From Actinomycetota bacterium (lineage in GTDB: Bacteria; Actinomycetota; Thermoleophilia; Gaiellales; Gaiellaceae), in the NCBI GenBank assembly GCA_947445525.1, contig CANFDS010000004.1:191-64190 (forward strand): a stretch of DNA of 64,000 bases. Direction: 5' to 3'. Positions 62,393-64,000 of the stretch are shown here, piece by piece. Position 1 is the stretch's first letter, and every line of letters begins with the position of its first letter. Below the pieces are notes generated by a model. The model made no database searches. It was not told where the DNA came from and was given only the letters and a program-made list of their open reading frames with translations. Both the position numbers and the translations under genes were made by a program.

Positions 62393-62411
62393 GACCCAGC
62401 TGGCGAGATCG

Positions 62412-62786
62412 CTACTTGATCTCGACCGAGGCGCCGGCTTCCTCGAGCTGCGCCTTGATCTTGTCGGCCTCGTCCCGCGGGATGCCGGCCTTGACCGACT
62501 GCGGGGCGCCGTCGACGACGTCTTTGGCCTCCTTGAGGCCAAGGCCGGTGATGGCGCGGACCTCCTTGATGACCTGGATCTTCTTGTCGCCGGCGGCGAG
62601 CAGGACGACGTCGAACGCCGTCTGCTCCTCCTCGGCCTCGATGACGGCGGCTCCGCCGCCGGCGGCCGCAACGGCCACGGGAGCGGCGGCGGTGATGCCC
62701 CACTCGTCCTCGATCTTCTTCTTGAGATCGACGAGCTCCAGCACAGACAGCTTGCCGAGCTGGTCGAAGATGGTGTCAACGCTCAT
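62412..62786 (-). CDS. rplL: 50S ribosomal protein L7/L12
   Basis: '[19 protein letters not shown]...[29 protein letters not shown]......EA..IK..LEEAGA.VE.K'. Confidence 0.95.
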   Translation of the reverse strand: MSVDTIFDQLGKLSVLELVDLKKKIEDEWGITAAAPVAVAAAGGGAAVIEAEEEQTAFDVVLLAAGDKKIQVIKEVRAITGLGLKEAKDVVDGAPQSVKAGIPRDEADKIKAQLEEAGASVEIK

Positions 62787-63515
62787 CTAGGACTCCTTCT
62801 CGTTGGTCTCGGTATCGGTCGGATCGCCTGCCGCCTCGCTGGCGGGCTTGGCGGCTGCCTCGGGCGCCTCGGGCGCTTCGGCGGGTAGTTCGGCCTCGGC
62901 CTGCGGCTCCTCTGCGGGAGCTTCGGCCACGGCCTCGACGACGGGCTCGGCCGGGGCAGGTGCCTCGGCCGCAGCGGCGGGCGCCGGTGCGGCACCGCCC
63001 AGCTGCTCGATGCGGGCGTCGATCAGCCCGATCAGGTTCTGCAGCGGAGCATTGATCAGTGCCACGAACGTGGTCAGCGGCGCCACCATGGCGCCGAGCG
63101 CCTGGCCACGCAGCACATCCAGCGGCGGCAACGTGGCAAGAGCCTTGACGTCTTCCTCGCCGATCGTCTTGCCCTGGAGCACACCACCGCGGATCGAGAG
63201 GATCTTGGTGGTGCGGACGGCGTCGTTCAACGCCTTGGCGACGGCGACCGGGTCGCCGCCCTCCTGGACGAAGGCGATCGCGGTCGGGCCCTCGAGCAGC
63301 CCGAGCAGGGAGTCGGCCCCGGCAGCCTCGGCCGCTCGCCGTGCGAGCGTGTTCTTGGCCACTGTGAAGCGGGCACCGTGCTTGAACAGCTCGTCACGGA
63401 TACCGTCGATCTGCTTGTTCGTGAGCCCACGGTAGTCGGCGACGATCAACGTCTCGGCAGCCTTCAGCCGCTCGGTGAGCTGTTCGACGATGAACTGCTT
63501 CTCGGTTTTGAGCAC
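62787..63515 (-). CDS. rplJ: 50S ribosomal protein L10 (with C-terminal Ala/Pro/Glu-rich extension of about 65 aa)
   Basis: The GTG start has a perfect SD AAGGAGGTGA. The sequence reads 'KTEKQFIVEQLTERLKAAETLIVADYRGLTNKQIDGIRDEL'. The stop TAG abuts the rplL ATG directly (TAGATG). Confidence 0.93.
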   Translation of the reverse strand: MLKTEKQFIVEQLTERLKAAETLIVADYRGLTNKQIDGIRDELFKHGARFTVAKNTLARRAAEAAGADSLLGLLEGPTAIAFVQEGGDPVAVAKALNDAVRTTKILSIRGGVLQGKTIGEEDVKALATLPPLDVLRGQALGAMVAPLTTFVALINAPLQNLIGLIDARIEQLGGAAPAPAAAAEAPAPAEPVVEAVAEAPAEEPQAEAELPAEAPEAPEAAAKPASEAAGDPTDTETNEKES

Positions 63516-63670
63516 TCCTTCACCTCCTTTTGAAACGGTCGAGCCCGCGTGTCGGCGGGCTCGGGGCGGAGGCGCGGTAGCGCCACGGTATCCTGAGCCG
63601 CCTGGGCCGGGCTTCTGCCCCTGGGGGCTGCCGGCTGTCTCTGGCGACGGGCGTGTGGGACGGGATCCGG
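63516..63670 (-). promoter_or_regulatory. rplJ 5' leader region with stable stem-loop (possible L10-leader-type autoregulatory element)
   Basis: The rplA-rplJ spacer is 155 nt. A 9-bp stem CGAGCCCGC/GCGGGCTCG (63540-63563) lies immediately upstream of the SD. Its position matches known L10(L12)4 feedback leaders. Confidence 0.4.
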
Positions 63671-64000
63671 CTAGGCCGCCGAAGCCTCCTCGAGCTCCTC
63701 GGCGATGCCGCGCACCTTGGCAGGATCGACGTGGATGCCAGGGCCCATGGTGGACGTCAGCGTCACGGCCTGGATGTAGCGACCCTTGGCGGCGGACGGC
63801 TTGGCGCGGACGATCTCCTCGATCAGCGCCGCGTAGTTCTCGACGAGCTGCTGCTCGGAGAAGCTCTTCTTGCCGATCGAGATGTGCACGTTGGCACCAC
63901 GATCGGTGCGGTACTCGAGCTTGCCCGCCTTCGCGTCGCGGACGGCCTTGCCGACGTCGAAGGTGACGGTGCCCGTCTTGGGGTTGGGCATCAGGCCGCG
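63671..64000 (-). CDS. rplA: 50S ribosomal protein L1 (3' part; 5' end outside window)
   Basis: '[17 protein letters not shown]...[24 protein letters not shown]' is the L1 C-terminal half. The ORF is open to the window edge. Confidence 0.9.
   Translation of the reverse strand, partial: RGLMPNPKTGTVTFDVGKAVRDAKAGKLEYRTDRGANVHISIGKKSFSEQQLVENYAALIEEIVRAKPSAAKGRYIQAVTLTSTMGPGIHVDPAKVRGIAEELEEASAA

Overview
High-GC (roughly 70%) Actinomycetota-like chromosomal window dominated by core information-processing genes. The right half (32.1-64.0 kb, all minus strand) is one almost gap-free run: rplA(partial)-rplJ-rplL-rpoB-rpoC-[621-aa secreted hypothetical]-rpsL-rpsG-fusA-tuf-rpsJ...rplQ, covering the S10, spc and alpha ribosomal operons with secY, adk and map. 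The left half carries housekeeping and accessory genes: ftsH-hpt-tilS, deoD, a lipid kinase, a VanW protein, transporters, ligA, truA, fadD, ssb, one tRNA-Pro(CGG), two coiled-coil cell-wall hydrolases, an orphan NarL-type response regulator and a cobalt-type nitrile hydratase operon. I saw no rRNA, CRISPR array, transposase, integrase or recognisable defence system, and I do not see a convincing multi-gene novel system here. The points most worth a second look are: (1) a co-directional 621-aa secreted protein of unknown function wedged between rpoC and the rpsL promoter; (2) a 245-bp MITE-like element with perfect 20-bp terminal inverted repeats, flanking TGA duplications and an internal 33-codon Cys-containing ORF; (3) gene-decay signals, namely two otherwise intact genes (Sir2 deacylase, MFS transporter) each broken by one in-frame TAG, a methyltransferase with its SAM-binding core deleted, and an apparent infA remnant where infA normally sits between map and rpmJ; (4) long low-complexity extensions on S17 (with a perfect 3 x 36-bp tandem repeat), S3, L10, L15, L22 and RpoB; (5) a promoter-plus-canonical-terminator unit that may be a small RNA or an attenuator leader. 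All homology statements come from reading the translations by eye, since no database search was possible.
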